Assembly (NCBI RefSeq): GCF_018977255.1
Contig: NW_024704743.1
Location: 6,076,001 to 6,140,000, forward strand
Source: Callorhinchus milii
Taxonomy: Eukaryota
Reading direction: 5' to 3'
Length of the DNA stretch: 64,000 bases
Positions 51,217 through 64,000 of this stretch are shown here, one piece after another. The number at the start of each line of letters is the position of its first letter. Position 1 is the first letter of the stretch. The notes beneath the pieces are model-generated. The model had not been told where the DNA came from. It made no database searches and was given only the letters and a program-made list of their open reading frames with translations. Both the position numbers and the translations under genes were made by a program.

Positions 51217-51367
51217 GGTCTTCTATTGAGGGACCGAGGGCGAGAGGTTGAGAATTTGGACAGCTTGATTAAAACAAAAAATATTCCCGATGCTCATCAT
51301 GATGTGTTTAAAACTGGGTTTGCAGAAGGTTTTCTCAAAGCACAGGCTCTTACACAAAGAACAAATG
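51217..51367 (+). CDS. YME1L1: YME1L1 exon 6
   Basis: GLLLRDRG...KTKNIPDAHHDVFKTGFAEGFLKAQALTQRTN. Confidence 0.96.
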
Positions 51368-52609
51368 GTAAGTTTCTAATATTCTAGATCCAGATAGTAA
51401 TTGGAAATAATTTACTAAAATTACTGACCATGAAAGGATACAGAAAGAGAATAGCCCGTCTTTCATACGTTTGTTTAGTTAATAAAGGGTGAAGGATTGT
51501 TTGAATATTTAGCTGTTTAATTCTACTTTGTGTGTGGGGGGGGGAGGGGTTGGGTGAATGAAGAAAAGAATGCAGCCAGCCTGATTTTTGTCCTTGTCTG
51601 ACGCCACATTGCTCTTTTGCAGTAGGAATTGCTTGACTCGGGTTAGGATTCCCCTCCCTATCTAGGGACTGAAGCCAACAACAACTTACATTTATATAGC
51701 GCCTCTCAGCGGGGGGAGGGTTCCAGAGTGCTTGACAGTGGCGGAGCACGCCTTTTGGATCAGCTAGATCCTCTGGAGTCTGGCAGAAAAGGCATTTGAA
51801 AAGTCGATTGTAATTACTTAACTGTTGGAGTAGTTGAGATTGTCTAACCTAGCACAGTCCAGGGATTGAACCTGTGACTTTCTTTGTCACTCAATAATCA
51901 ATGTGAAGATTTCTTCAACTCGGGAGGAAAAAAAACTGTAATGATCTGATTTCACACAAGTATTTTTGAACTGCTTTCTCAATATTTTCACATAAGCATG
52001 TCAATTTCACATAAACCAGGCTCAGATACTGGTGGTGCAATACTTTTCCCAGGCTGGAAAATGAGCACATTGTTGATCAAGTGTGAAGGGAGTTTTGATC
52101 TGTGTTTGACCTGTGCAATACATGATTGTCAGTGATGGATGTTGGAGGAAATAATGTGCGATTAAAAANTGTAGAATTGTGCATGAAAGAATAAATTCTA
52201 GACGCCTATGAACCTATAATCTGGTGACATACAGTAATTGGCTGGAAATGCCACCAATTTATATACTCTTGTCAAAGCATGGATCTTGTTAGCATCTTTC
52301 TCACTTTGTCCCTGTGTTTTGCAATACTCTGCATTTCTGGGAGGGGGTGGGGAGGCAAAATGGAATATCTTCTCCCAAGCTTCGTCAATTCTGCTGTGTA
52401 ACAAGCAGATGGTAACTTTCTTCAATCAAGAATAAATGGGCATCTTCTTGACAACATCTTGATCTTAACAGAGTCTGAAATAGCTTGTGATTGTAAATTA
52501 TCATTCTTGACAGTACTTTCATTCAACATATTTGTCACCTCACTATCCTTGTTTTTTAAATAAAATCATCTTTTTTCAACAATAAACATTACTCTTCATT
52601 TTCCTGCAG

Positions 52610-52693
52610 ATTCCTTACGAAGAACAAGGCTGGTTCTTGTGTTTCTGCTACTGCTTGGCCTTTATGGGCTGTCGAGAACTCCATTTTTATCTG
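52610..52693 (+). CDS. YME1L1: YME1L1 exon 7 (transmembrane helix)
   Basis: DSLRRTRLVLVFLLLLGLYGLSRTPFLS. Confidence 0.96.
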
Positions 52694-53649
52694 GTAAATA
52701 GATCTATAAGTTTATGCTTGATATCTGAACTTCTGTTCGTTGAAAAAATTCTTTACAGCTACTTGGGAATTTGTAACTATAAAATGTTTCATCACACCCA
52801 CCTGCTTAGTCCTATTCGATATGACAGAATATTCTGTTTCCAGTGTGTTTAGAATGTTTCTTTATGTGTATTGAGCTAGTAGGTAACTCAATTGTAAGCA
52901 ATATCTGTAGGTATGGTGCATTATTATCTAAATCAGTACTGACCAAACTACGGCCCGGGGGGTCGTCAAGAAGCAGCCGCCTGAACATTCGCACTAGTCT
53001 AGGTTAGTCCATGTTTCATTGGTAATCTGTTTCCAGGTTTTCCTGGATGGAATATTTGTTGATTTATGCATGAATCAAGAAATATTCAAACAAGGACATT
53101 TATTTCGTTGGCTGACCAAAAAAGATTGGCCACCACTGATTTAAGTAGTTTCAAAGCTTCATTTTCTGTTTTTCTGGCAAGCATTATTTGTGAGTGTTTA
53201 AGGTCTCTGAGGACATCAGTGAGGTATGAAAGCTGCACTTTTTAGCACTTCACAAATTGGAATTAATCAACATTTGCAGGGGTATGGGGAAAGAGTGAGT
53301 GGGACAAGTATGGTCTCACCAATGATTTATGACAGTGGCAGAATTACCCCACTATTTTGGCTTGCTGTTTATCTTTTGATACATCCCAATATCTGGTTTG
53401 CTTTACTCACTGCCACAGAGCATACTTCCAGTTATCGAAAGGAGTCCATAATCTGTTTATTAAGGAATCTTATTTTAATTTAGTACTGTTTAGACTTTTT
53501 TTTTAGAATTGGATTTTATTTTGAACAATGACCCTGCTTTCACATTGCATTGTGTTAATGCGCATAGTTTCAATCCTCGAGTGAAGTTTACGGAGATTTA
53601 GTACTGACACTTTACATCTGTCTTACCCATCTTCTGGTCTTTCCAACAG

Positions 53650-53732
53650 TGCGATTTCGCACAACTTCAGGACTGGATGCAGCAGTGGATCCCATTCATA
53701 TGAAAAATGTTACCTTTGAACACGTGAAAGGG
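53650..53732 (+). CDS. YME1L1: YME1L1 exon 8
   Basis: VRFRTTSGLDAAVDPIHMKNVTFEHVKG. Confidence 0.96.
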
Positions 53733-53819
53733 GTACGTAACATTTACATTGATCCTTTGAATACATTTTGGGTGATTTATATCTGGATTAATTTGTTTTC
53801 TTTTCGGAATTGCTAACAG

Positions 53820-53910
53820 GTAGAGGAGGCAAAGAATGAACTGCAAGAAGTAGTAGAGTTTTTGAAAAACCCTCAAAAGTTCACTGTGTTAGGGGGCAAA
53901 CTACCTAAAG
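53820..53910 (+). CDS. YME1L1: YME1L1 exon 9
   Basis: [30 protein letters not shown]. Confidence 0.97.
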
Positions 53911-54955
53911 GTAACTATAAATTAAAATGACAGATTCAGTAATTCATATTGCCAATGTTAGCCTTGAAATATTTTCCATGTTTGCATCTAATCTTTCCAG
54001 TTAGTAATCAGTCTTTTTCTAATGCAAGGACTTGTTCTTGGTTTTCTATGAATATCTTTTATCTGATAGGGAATGTGGACTGACATTTACTACCAGAAAG
54101 CTGTAGTCTTTAGTATTTGCAGTTCAGAATTCTGCATTGTAGCTGATGAATACAGCACAACCCAATTAAATTGCAGTCGTCTAGGCAGGGGTGCGTTATG
54201 AGTGAAACACAAATGCCTGACTTTCAGGTCATCAAGTCACCAATGTCATTTCCTGCACCTTGCAAACAGCGTACAGGAAACACCGCTCATTACTTTCTGT
54301 GGGTTTTGCACAATGGTTGTTGCACTGCGCATCTGTGCTGAAAGCCCTACTGATCTCACTTTACCAAATGACATCAAGCGAAATGATGATAATCCTTGCA
54401 TTTGATATCGTGCCTTATTACACTGTTGAGCCATCTCAAAGTGCATCACAGGATATACTGTAAAGTGGGATGACTGTATTGTGTGGGTGAAATGCGGCAG
54501 TCAGTTACACAGAGATTAAACAAAGAAGTGACATGAGTGGTGCTTCCTGCGCCCTGCGTGTGCAGTTGGCCTGGCCATATAATTTTAAGATGTTAGTATT
54601 TCTGCCAGCTAACTGAAACTGAAGTAACGTGCAGTTAGCAATACGAAGCTGAAGGAATTCCCTAATTATTGTAATAATAATCCTCACATTTGATCTAGTG
54701 CCTTATCACGTCTTCGAGATATCTCAAAGCACTTCACAGGATATACTGTAAAGTGTAGTGACTGCATTTTGTGGATAAAACGCAGCAGCCAATTGCGCGC
54801 AGCAATCTCCCACAAACAGTCATGGATCGAATGACCAATCTATCATTTTTAAAAACATTTCTTGAAGAGATTATTACTAATCTTCAGAATAGGAGTTATA
54901 TTATGTAGAGGTGATTTTTAGAGCCTCATTAATATCATGGCAAATGTTCATTTGA

Positions 54956-55396
<441 letters not shown>

Positions 55397-55481
55397 GTAA
55401 GAAAATGGGCCTACACATCCTGAGGAGTAATAGATGTCAAAGCACTTAAACAGTCAACGTTTCTTGTGAGGAGTTTGGCAC

Positions 55482-55955
55482 AATAACAAAATTACATTTA
55501 TAGAGCGCCTTTCACGTCGGGAGGACATCCCAAGGCGCTGGACAGTCAGGGGTCAGGACCTGAGCATGGGGGAGGGGTGGGAGTGAGGGAAGGCAGCGAA
55601 GTGATAGGGTGACCGAAGGCACGATCGAAGAGGATGGTCTTGAGACCGGCCTTGAAGGAGGCAAGAGAGGAAGCGAGGCAAAGGGACTGTGGGATAGAGT
55701 TCTAGAGTGTGGGGGCAGAGAAGCTGAAAGCTTGGCCACCGATGGTCGGGTGGGAGACATGGAGCAGGCCAGAGCCCGATGAATGGAGGGAGCGGTCAGG
55801 TTGGTGGGGAGTCAGCAGGTCAGAGAGGTAGGAGGGGGCAAGGCCATGGATGGCCTTGAAAGTGAGGATGAGGATCTTGAATTTAATCCTCAGGGATGGG
55901 GAGCCAGTGGAGTCGGGCGAGGGTGGCAGTGAAGGGGGTACGGAGCCTGGTGCTC
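55482..55955 (-). mobile_element. L2 LINE 3' end
   Basis: Reverse-complement homolog of 25205-25557. Confidence 0.8.
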
Positions 55956-57450
55956 AGTCAGAATTGTCAAGTGATGTGAAAGACACTATATATAAATGAT
56001 ATGGTATTGCAGTGTGGATCCCAGTCGTTGCACCTGTGTAACTGGCCCTCTCGCTTGCTGTTCACCCACTTTGGTTTTCCCACTAAAATGGCTGATTTGC
56101 AGGTTATTGGGTTCACTGATGTCAGTGGCAGTCATGTGCAGTAAACAGGAAGGGATATCAGCAACGCCTGATGCTCTGGAAGTCGGACTGTTTTTTAGTG
56201 CAGGAACCGGCAGCTAAGCATTGGCATAGTCGAGGCTGGACACAGTAACCAGCTGGTTGCATACAGTGCTGTGGAACCAACAGTATCAAGCCTTGTTATA
56301 GCATTTTGGAAGGGGGGGGTTCCAACCACTTTGTAATAACTAAGGTTAATCTGCTGAGGTTATTTAAAATATTTTAATTTGTAATTATAAACCAATGTGA
56401 CACAATAGCTACACCTCTTCCTTGTTGCCTGGAAGCCCCCAAATCTTTGTCAGCTGGTGCCTTGGTGACCTTCATCAGAGTATGCCCCCTGGTCACTTCG
56501 GGTTTGCATTGACACTACTTCAGTTACAGGATGAGCAGTGATCCAGACAAAAGCACACTGAGTGCCTTGGATTGTTGGTTCATATCACTGGCAGAATTAA
56601 TGTCCTGAAGCATCTTTGAACTTTGAATGCTTCCCTTTTGAGATAAGTTATGAATTTGTGGTGTTAGTGGAATACATTTTGGAAGATGGTACAGCTGACC
56701 CAACGCACCCAATGCTTGTCTGTTGAACACACAACACATATAGAATGTATTGCACTCTTATTAACGGCTTTTCTGTGCAAATATTAAAAGTTCCCATTTT
56801 TAGAAAAAAAATTCTTTTCCCCGTTATCAATATGTCTGCCATTATTTTGGCCGATTCCTGACTGAAATAATGAAATGGAAACATGCTTACTGGCTTACAA
56901 AAACCGACATCACACTCGGCAATGATTAATGTGGAGTTCATTGAGGCACTTTGACTTTGTCAGTAATAGGTGCAATAAAAATGCAAGTTCTTCTAACTGG
57001 CCACAAGGAGGTTTATAATACTGGCCTGATGGTATTGCTGCATTTATTGGCTGCCCTTTTCATGCAGAATCGCCAATCTCCTCATGTCTCACAGCTATGC
57101 ATATTTCAGAAAAGGAAAAGCACAATAATACTACCTTATTCAATACCTTGAATGGTTTGACTAACATTTAAGCGTACTATAAACTACTTTTAATATTGTA
57201 AGCATCGGAAATCTCAATTCTGTGACATGAGTTTTGAATGTTTTAGCACTGTAGTCTTCCCTCTTTGCCAAGTCAAAAACACACAGGGATAGGATTGAGG
57301 CAGAGGAATTGTCTTGAATGCTTTGATGCTGTTACATTTTCTAAATATCTCTGCATCGTAAAATACAAAAGAAGTGGATTTATTTTTAAAATCTGACTGA
57401 TTGGCCTGAAATAGAACAGATGTATCCTTAAAAAAAAATTTCCTCTTCAG

Positions 57451-57513
57451 TTTCAAGCCCAATGAAGGAGTCATCATAATAGGAGCAACAAACTTTCCTG
57501 AAGCATTGGACAA
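57451..57513 (+). CDS. YME1L1: YME1L1 exon 12
   Basis: FKPNEGVIIIGATNFPEALD. Confidence 0.96.
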
Positions 57514-57640
57514 GTAAGTCTGCATTTAACTGTTTGTGGTATGATAGAGATTTGAATGAGATTTTAAAAAGTATTTTTTTCCTCATATATGTAAATGCAT
57601 ACTATTATGCAAAACTGTGTTTTAATCTATACGCTGTAGT

Positions 57641-58028
57641 TGGAGCCCTGTAGCATATTCGTGAGAACACGAGCCTTTCAGGCGAGAGGATCCAGGTTTG
57701 ATTCCCAGGCTAGGAGAAACTTTAGCAAGTTTCCTTAGTCCATATGCCACTGTTTACCAAGCAGTAAGTAGGAACCCGGTTGTTAGCTGATTGTCGGATT
57801 GCTTTCTGGGGATAATAATCCCTTAAAAATAATAACCAATAATAATAATTCGGTCACTCAATCTACGACTGTTTGTAGGATACTGCTGTGCGCAATTTTC
57901 TGCTGTGCTTCGCCCACAAAATATACTGTCAATTCACTTTACAGTATATTCTTGAAGCTCTTTGAGACATCTTAAAGACGTGATAAGGTGCCACATAAAA
58001 TGCAAGGATTAGTATAAGGATTATTATT
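57641..58028 (+). mobile_element. tRNA-headed SINE, long subfamily
   Basis: Head, internal ctgtttaccaagcagtaagtaggaacc segment, body, tail. Confidence 0.8.
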
Positions 58029-58699
58029 AGAACAATTTGTCAAAATAAATCCGCAAATTTATTACAAATAAGAACAAAACGGCATTCCAATTTAATTTTG
58101 TTATTTGCGCAAAAATAAATCTTATCTCATTCTTCCAGAATGCCAATCAAATTGTTTTCTCTATCAAGCTTTTCTTAAAGTGGTTTAATACTCAACAATT
58201 AGTCATTCATTTCAGCTGCTAATTGACCTCCATGTCAATATTTATTCCCTGGTCAAGAAATATGCCGTTAACAAGTTTGAACCTCTGTTCTCTTATCTTG
58301 CCCTGTTCTCGTATCTAGCAAAGTATTGTTCCAGGTTCATTTATTGTATTCATTAACCATCTTGTACACCTCAATAAGGTCACTTATGAGATATTTATTC
58401 TTAAAGCCAATTTATTCTTAGTTTGTCTAGTTGTTCCTCATAACTGATTCCTTAACACTCATCTTGCGCTTTCCTCTAAAATAACTCAAGGCTCTAAAAC
58501 TTATATTGCCAAAACGTATGCAAGCAGTATTCCCTGTGCGGATTAACCAAGGTAGGAATGTAGGAAAATGGAAATGGGAGAAGTTCATTCAGTCCACCTA
58601 ACCTGTTCCACCGGTTTGTTAGATACTGGCAGATCATAATGCCGCTTCCTTTTGCCGTACTCTTTAATCGCTCATTTTTTGTGTATTTTTTCTCTTCAG

Positions 58700-58812
58700 T
58701 GCTCTTGTACGCCCAGGTAGATTTGATATGCAGGTAACAGTTCCCAGGCCGGATATAAGAGGGCGAATAGAGATTCTAAAGTGGTATCTTGACAAAGTTA
58801 AGGTTGATCCAG
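58700..58812 (+). CDS. YME1L1: YME1L1 exon 13 (SRH arginine fingers)
   Basis: [30 protein letters not shown]. Confidence 0.97.
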
Positions 58813-58951
58813 GTAAGCTAAAGATCTCTATAACGATTGAAGTTGTGAAATACGTTTGCGATGTCCTTGTGATGGGAAAGGCGTTTATGTAAATTGTATT
58901 GTAACATTACTTCTGGTGTAACTTCACAAAGTATTTTTGTTTCTGTTCCAG

Positions 58952-59107
58952 CGATTGACGCAGAAATAATTGCGAGAGGTACAGTGGGTTTCTCAGGAGC
59001 AGAACTCGAGAATTTGGTAAACCAGGCAGCCCTAAAAGCAGCTGTAGATGAAAAGGACCAAGTTACAATGCAGGACTTGGAATTTGCTAAAGACAAAATA
59101 ATTATGG
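58952..59107 (+). CDS. YME1L1: YME1L1 exon 14
   Basis: [32 protein letters not shown]...FAKDKIIMG. Confidence 0.97.
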
Positions 59108-59342
59108 GTAAGTCAGACCATTCTGTTTAGATTTTAGTTTTATTCTGTTGCTAATTATTATCATTTTGATGTCCTTGGTATTTTGATAGAGAAGATAGAA
59201 ACACAAGGTCAGGTGTGAGAAAAAGATTCTTTTGGGATGTGTTTTCATTGACAAAGGTTGTAAGAAACATATACTCAAGTTATAATCTTACTTGAAGAGG
59301 GCAATTGTTTATTTGTGGCTAACTGATGTCTCATTCCATCAG

Positions 59343-59494
59343 GTCCAGAGCGCAGGAGCATCGAGATTGATGAGCGAAACCGAAGAATTACAGCCTATCA
59401 TGAATCTGGGCATGCCATTGTAGCTTACTTTACCAAAAGTGCTATGCCTATTAACAAAGCCACAATCATGCCGAGAGGACCTACTCTGGGGCAT
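59343..59494 (+). CDS. YME1L1: YME1L1 exon 15 (M41 protease HEXXH)
   Basis: GPERRS...ITAYHESGHAIVAYFTK...ATIMPRGPTLGH; HESGH at 59399-59413. Confidence 0.97.
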
Positions 59495-60311
59495 GTGAGT
59501 ATAAAAGATTGTTGGTCTGTTTGCTTTCAAATTTATAGTTGAAACAAATTGTAAATGTTAGTTAATTTGATAGCTTAGTGCCAGTTGATTTTATTGATTG
59601 CTGATCAAGAAAATTCCATAAAAAGCTCACTCTCGCTCACTGACTAGTCCATTTCTCTGAAGAATCCAACCATTTCCTTAAAGGGAGGTAGATATACACA
59701 ATACAATAAATTGCATTATTGGTATACAATACAAAAAATACTGTTTTCATTTGTATCTTATGACTAATTTAAACAATATTGTACAATATGTGCACAGCAC
59801 AATAGTTTTGGTCACTAAAATCTGAGCCATAGTAAAACCAGAAATACCTATACAGAAAATATCTCGCTGTTTATAGAGATCTTCATGGCAATGGGTATTG
59901 ACATTTCAGACATCCTGTCTCAAAAAGGCTTGAGGCAGGATGGTACTTTGGATTGGGGATATCTGAGTCACAAAGAAATGCAATGCCGATGGAATATCCA
60001 TGGAAATACCTTTAGAGGACAAGGATATTCAAAATGACTGCAAAGTACAGCATTGGTGGCCAAGCTTTCAGTTCCTACGACCCTAACCTCTGGAACTCCT
60101 TCCTGCTTCCACTTCGTCTTGAACCTTCTCATTTTTTTTCTTAACACCCACCTCAAATCCTACTTCTTCAAACACACCGATGGCTACCTTTCCCTTCCCC
60201 TACCCACCACCCTGTAAAGTGCTCCCAAGATGTTGCCCTGTGTGAAGGCCACTGTAAAAATGCAAATTGGTGTTGTTAATAATGTTGCATGCTGGATAGA
60301 TTTACCAGATT

Positions 60312-60623
60312 TAATAATAATAATCCTTGCATTTGATATAGCGCTTTTCACGTCGGGAGGACGTCCCAAAGCGCTTCACAGAACACACTGTAAAGTGAAT
60401 TGACTGTATATTTGTGGGCGAACGCAGCAGCCAATTGCGCACAACAATGTCCCACAAACAGTCGTAGATTGAAAATGACCTATTTATTAATGTTTTTGGT
60501 TTTTGGAGGGATTATTATTAGGCGTGTGGAGTAAGGAAACTTGCCCAAGGTTTCGCCCTGCCTGGAATTGAGCTCTGGTCCCTCGCTTGCAAAGCGAGTG
60601 CTCTAACCACTGAGCTACAGGAC
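60312..60623 (-). mobile_element. tRNA-Ala-headed SINE, short subfamily
   Basis: Full head, body and tail. Confidence 0.85.
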
Positions 60624-60830
60624 TTCTGAAATTCAAGTTAAAATTTTTAATTCCAACTTTCATTCATGGGACTTTTCTGCCTGAGAGTCTGGAAGCAACA
60701 TTATAGATAGTGAATTCTCTTAACGCCATTTAAAATTTGGTCACGTTTTATTACGATGGACTCTGAAGTCACGTAAATCAGAATAAAGATTTTTCTTGTG
60801 GTATGAAGCATACAACCAACTGTTTTACAG

Positions 60831-60957
60831 GTATCATTGTTGCCAGAAAGTGACCGATGGAGTGAAACACGAGCTCAGCTGCTTGCCCAAATGGATGTCA
60901 GCATGGGTGGGCGAGTAGCGGAAGAACTGATCTTTGGAACTGAACAAATTACGACAG
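60831..60957 (+). CDS. YME1L1: YME1L1 exon 16
   Basis: VSLLPESDRWSETRAQLLAQMDVSMGGRVAEELIFGTEQITT. Confidence 0.97.
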
Positions 60958-62564
60958 GTTTGATTTCAGCCATGTTAATGACATTAATGAATGATATCAA
61001 TGGAATGAGAATTGGTAATTTGGCCCTTTATTCGTGCTCCTCCTCACAAAGCCTATCCAATTGGAGATTCCACATACTCACAATATCTTGTGGCCAGAGT
61101 TGTGGTTATCCTGATTCCTTCCATAGACATTTGCCTCCTTCCATCAGCCCAATGCACCAAACAATATTTTGCTGCATACAGTATTTGCGCAGCTTCTAAA
61201 TAACTAAAATAGAATGCTGACTTGGACTTGACTTTCTACATTTCAAGTACTATGAGGTTATTCTGAGTTTGCTTTCTCTGTCCTATTAAGCATATTTTGA
61301 AGCTCTGTGTGGCCTTTGATGTTTTTATGCAGCTTAATTAAGACCCTTAGTTTATCAAGATATTGCTGATAGCTCATGCCTCTAACATACAGCATGACAG
61401 GTAGAGTTATGAAGCTGGAGAAGATCAGAAGTGGGGAGGTTTGAGGGCACAAAGGGATTATAGTTGTGCATGAGAATCTTGAAGTTCTGTTGGGAGATGG
61501 AATAGCCTGGTGAGTGCATGTATGATTGGCACATAGGAAGGGGTAAAATGAGAGTGGTAGATTCATGGATGAGCTGAAACTTATTGATGGTGGAGTAGGA
61601 GGCCATATGCTTGGAAAGTGAGCACAGTCATCTGAGGCATCCAAGTCAATACTTACCCCATTTTCACTCATCTCCCCTTATTCCTGATCCTTGTTTAATC
61701 CCTTAGTTATTAATCCATGTTTTACCACTATTTACTTAATAACATAGGGAAACAGGAGGAGGCCATCAAGCCTATTCTAGCAGTTTATAAGATCTTGGCA
61801 GATCTTTTAATCCCAAAGCCCTGTTATTCAGCATACTCCTTAATATATCATATGATAGTTTGTAAAAGAGTCCCAGTGAATTTGGTTTGTGGGCAGAAAC
61901 TAATAAGGGGCAGGTGCAAAACTAAACCATAATCCCAGAAGCCCAACTCTGTTGCAGAACAAAAGGGCGATGTAGGAATAAGCAAGAGGTGTCATCCAAA
62001 TTGGAGTTGAGTGACATGATGTAAAACCACTTGTATCCTTTATCAACGACAAATCAGCGTTCAAGGTCAACCCAGAATGGAATCTGATCCACTTGATCGT
62101 TGGCTGCCAAACGCATGAACTTGTTGGTAGTTAGATGAAGACAGTGCTTACTGTTATTTTTCCAGCCTGTATAATCTACGTAAAGAGGGAAGACTGATCC
62201 ACTCAACATTGTCAAAACAGTTTGCTTTTTTAAAAAAAATCCTTTGTAGCCATAGTAGTAGGATCCAGATTTCTTCCATTTATCATTCCCTGGAAATGTT
62301 TTCTGAATAGTTCTATATTTAGTCACTCATCCCTTCTAATCTCAAGCATTTGGTATAATATGGAATCATGCAAGTCTGTTGAAATATTTTAAAATTTACC
62401 TTGGATAGAATTTATGGAATTAAATGTAATGAATGTTAAAAAAGGAAAGGGGCAAAGTGGAAAATAAATGCATGCATTTTAACAAACCAATGTGCTCATT
62501 GAGATCTGTGGCTGCAATTTTCTATAATTGAGATATTGACAAATAGTATTTCTCTCTTTTACAG

Positions 62565-62638
62565 GTGCTTCCAGTGATTTTGATAGTGCGACCAAAATAG
62601 CCAAACTGATGGTTACAAAATTTGGAATGAGTGAAAAG
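62565..62638 (+). CDS. YME1L1: YME1L1 exon 17
   Basis: GASSDFDSATKIAKLMVTKFGMSEK. Confidence 0.96.
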
Positions 62639-63627
62639 GTAAAAAGGCAGTTTCTGTTGTTTTTGGAGAGGGGATTCATTAATATAATGCGGTTCATATC
62701 CTTCAAAACACACCTCTAAAATATCTGGGAACACTCAACAGGTCAGGCAGCATCTATGGAGGAAAGTGAGTTAATATTTCAGGTTGATGACCTTTTGTCA
62801 GCTATCTTAAATATCTGTGCAATTCCATCTCCTACAAGAATTTACATCAGTTTTGTTAGATTTTTGTGTTTTTATGGCAGTGATGGGAGACTGATCTTAA
62901 CTCGGGATATATTTGCGAAGAGCTTTGAAACCTGTATTTTTTCACAAGATTGGTTTGGATATAGAAAGCTCTTCTGCCCATTTGATCTTATCCTTCCAGA
63001 ATACCCACACATTCTTCCAGAATATGCACAAATACTGGGATTCATTGTGTTGGATACATTGCTTGGGGAAACCTGGCACCATCTCACAATATTGGTGGAT
63101 GGAATCTGAGAAAATGCTTCATGGATTGTTAGCTTGTCTTTCACTACAGAATCAATATAGGTCGTCCATCTGCCCTCATTCCCACCTACCTTTAAAACAA
63201 AAGCAGTGTAAAACATTTTGTGATATCCTTCCAACGTGAATGTAAATTGCATTGTAGAAAAGGTACAAATTAGTGTCCATGTTAAATTTGGTTACATTAC
63301 TATATTCAATTAATTTTAGAAACAGTGTAGTTAATAATAGACCACTGGAATATTCACCCAGCTCCATGAGTTAGCTGTACATTTTGCTGCTTTGTGTAAG
63401 TTGATCAAAACTTGATGTATAAAAAATAATTAAATTGTGCTGTTTTTTGTTAAGTCAAATGTCCATGACTGGTTTTCAGTTAATTTAAAAGACACAAAAA
63501 CTTGGTAAGTACACATGATTTGTAGACTTGAAATGTGTAGACTTAAAGCTAGCTTCCAAGGTGCCATATTTCTTATTTATGAGTTTAGTTCAAGGTAACC
63601 CCAAATAATTTAATTTGTTTATTATAG

Positions 63628-63714
63628 CTTGGAGTCATGACTTACACTGAATCGGAAAGAACAAGTCCAGACACGCAATGTGCCATTGAACAAGAGATCA
63701 GGATACTGCTGAGG
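63628..63714 (+). CDS. YME1L1: YME1L1 exon 18 (final exon lies beyond the window)
   Basis: LGVMTYTESERTSPDTQCAIEQEIRILLR|gtaaga. Confidence 0.95.
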
Positions 63715-64000
63715 GTAAGAACATTTTTGATGGATATTGAAACACTCTTGAAATGTTTAAAGGATATATGGAATTTTCAGTTTGTGATGCGTCTGCATTG
63801 AACTTTCCTTTTTTTTGCAAAACATTCAATGAAAGTATCTTTATTAATTTCTTTATTATGGCTGTAAAACAGTCATAACTTTTATATGTAGTTATGTCAG
63901 TGTAACTACATTTCAGTTTTCAGTTTGGTTCTCCTGGCTCAAGAGTGTGGTTTATAATTGCACTTTCTCCCCAAGTTTAATTATTTTTGATATGTTTATT

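Overview
Vertebrate genomic DNA, inferred to be a cartilaginous fish (probably a chimaera/holocephalan) from its Deu-type SINE, L2 and CR1 repeat content. It carries the ACBD5(+) / MASTL(-) / YME1L1(+) block in the same relative arrangement as human 10p12. By reading splice sites and phases by hand I reconstructed the last 7 coding exons of ACBD5 (6261-16508), the complete 12-exon MASTL/Greatwall CDS (38955->21298, 2865 nt, 954 aa) and the first 18 coding exons of YME1L1 (44264-63714; last exon beyond the window). Introns are dense with tRNA-headed SINEs and L2/CR1 LINE fragments, and there is one 129-N gap. I see no new multi-gene system. Best unexplained signals: an orphan 34-codon minus-strand ORF matching the GRWD1/Rrb1 C-terminus between the MASTL and YME1L1 promoters; a spastin-like GPPGNGKT Walker A in YME1L1; two GC-AG introns; an ACBD5 FFAT exon whose acceptor sits in a retroposon tail; GC-shifted SINE copies at the CpG islands; CHR/E2F and CRE/ETS/YY1 motif clusters. 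Homology statements rest on recalled sequences, not database searches, and repeat boundaries are approximate.
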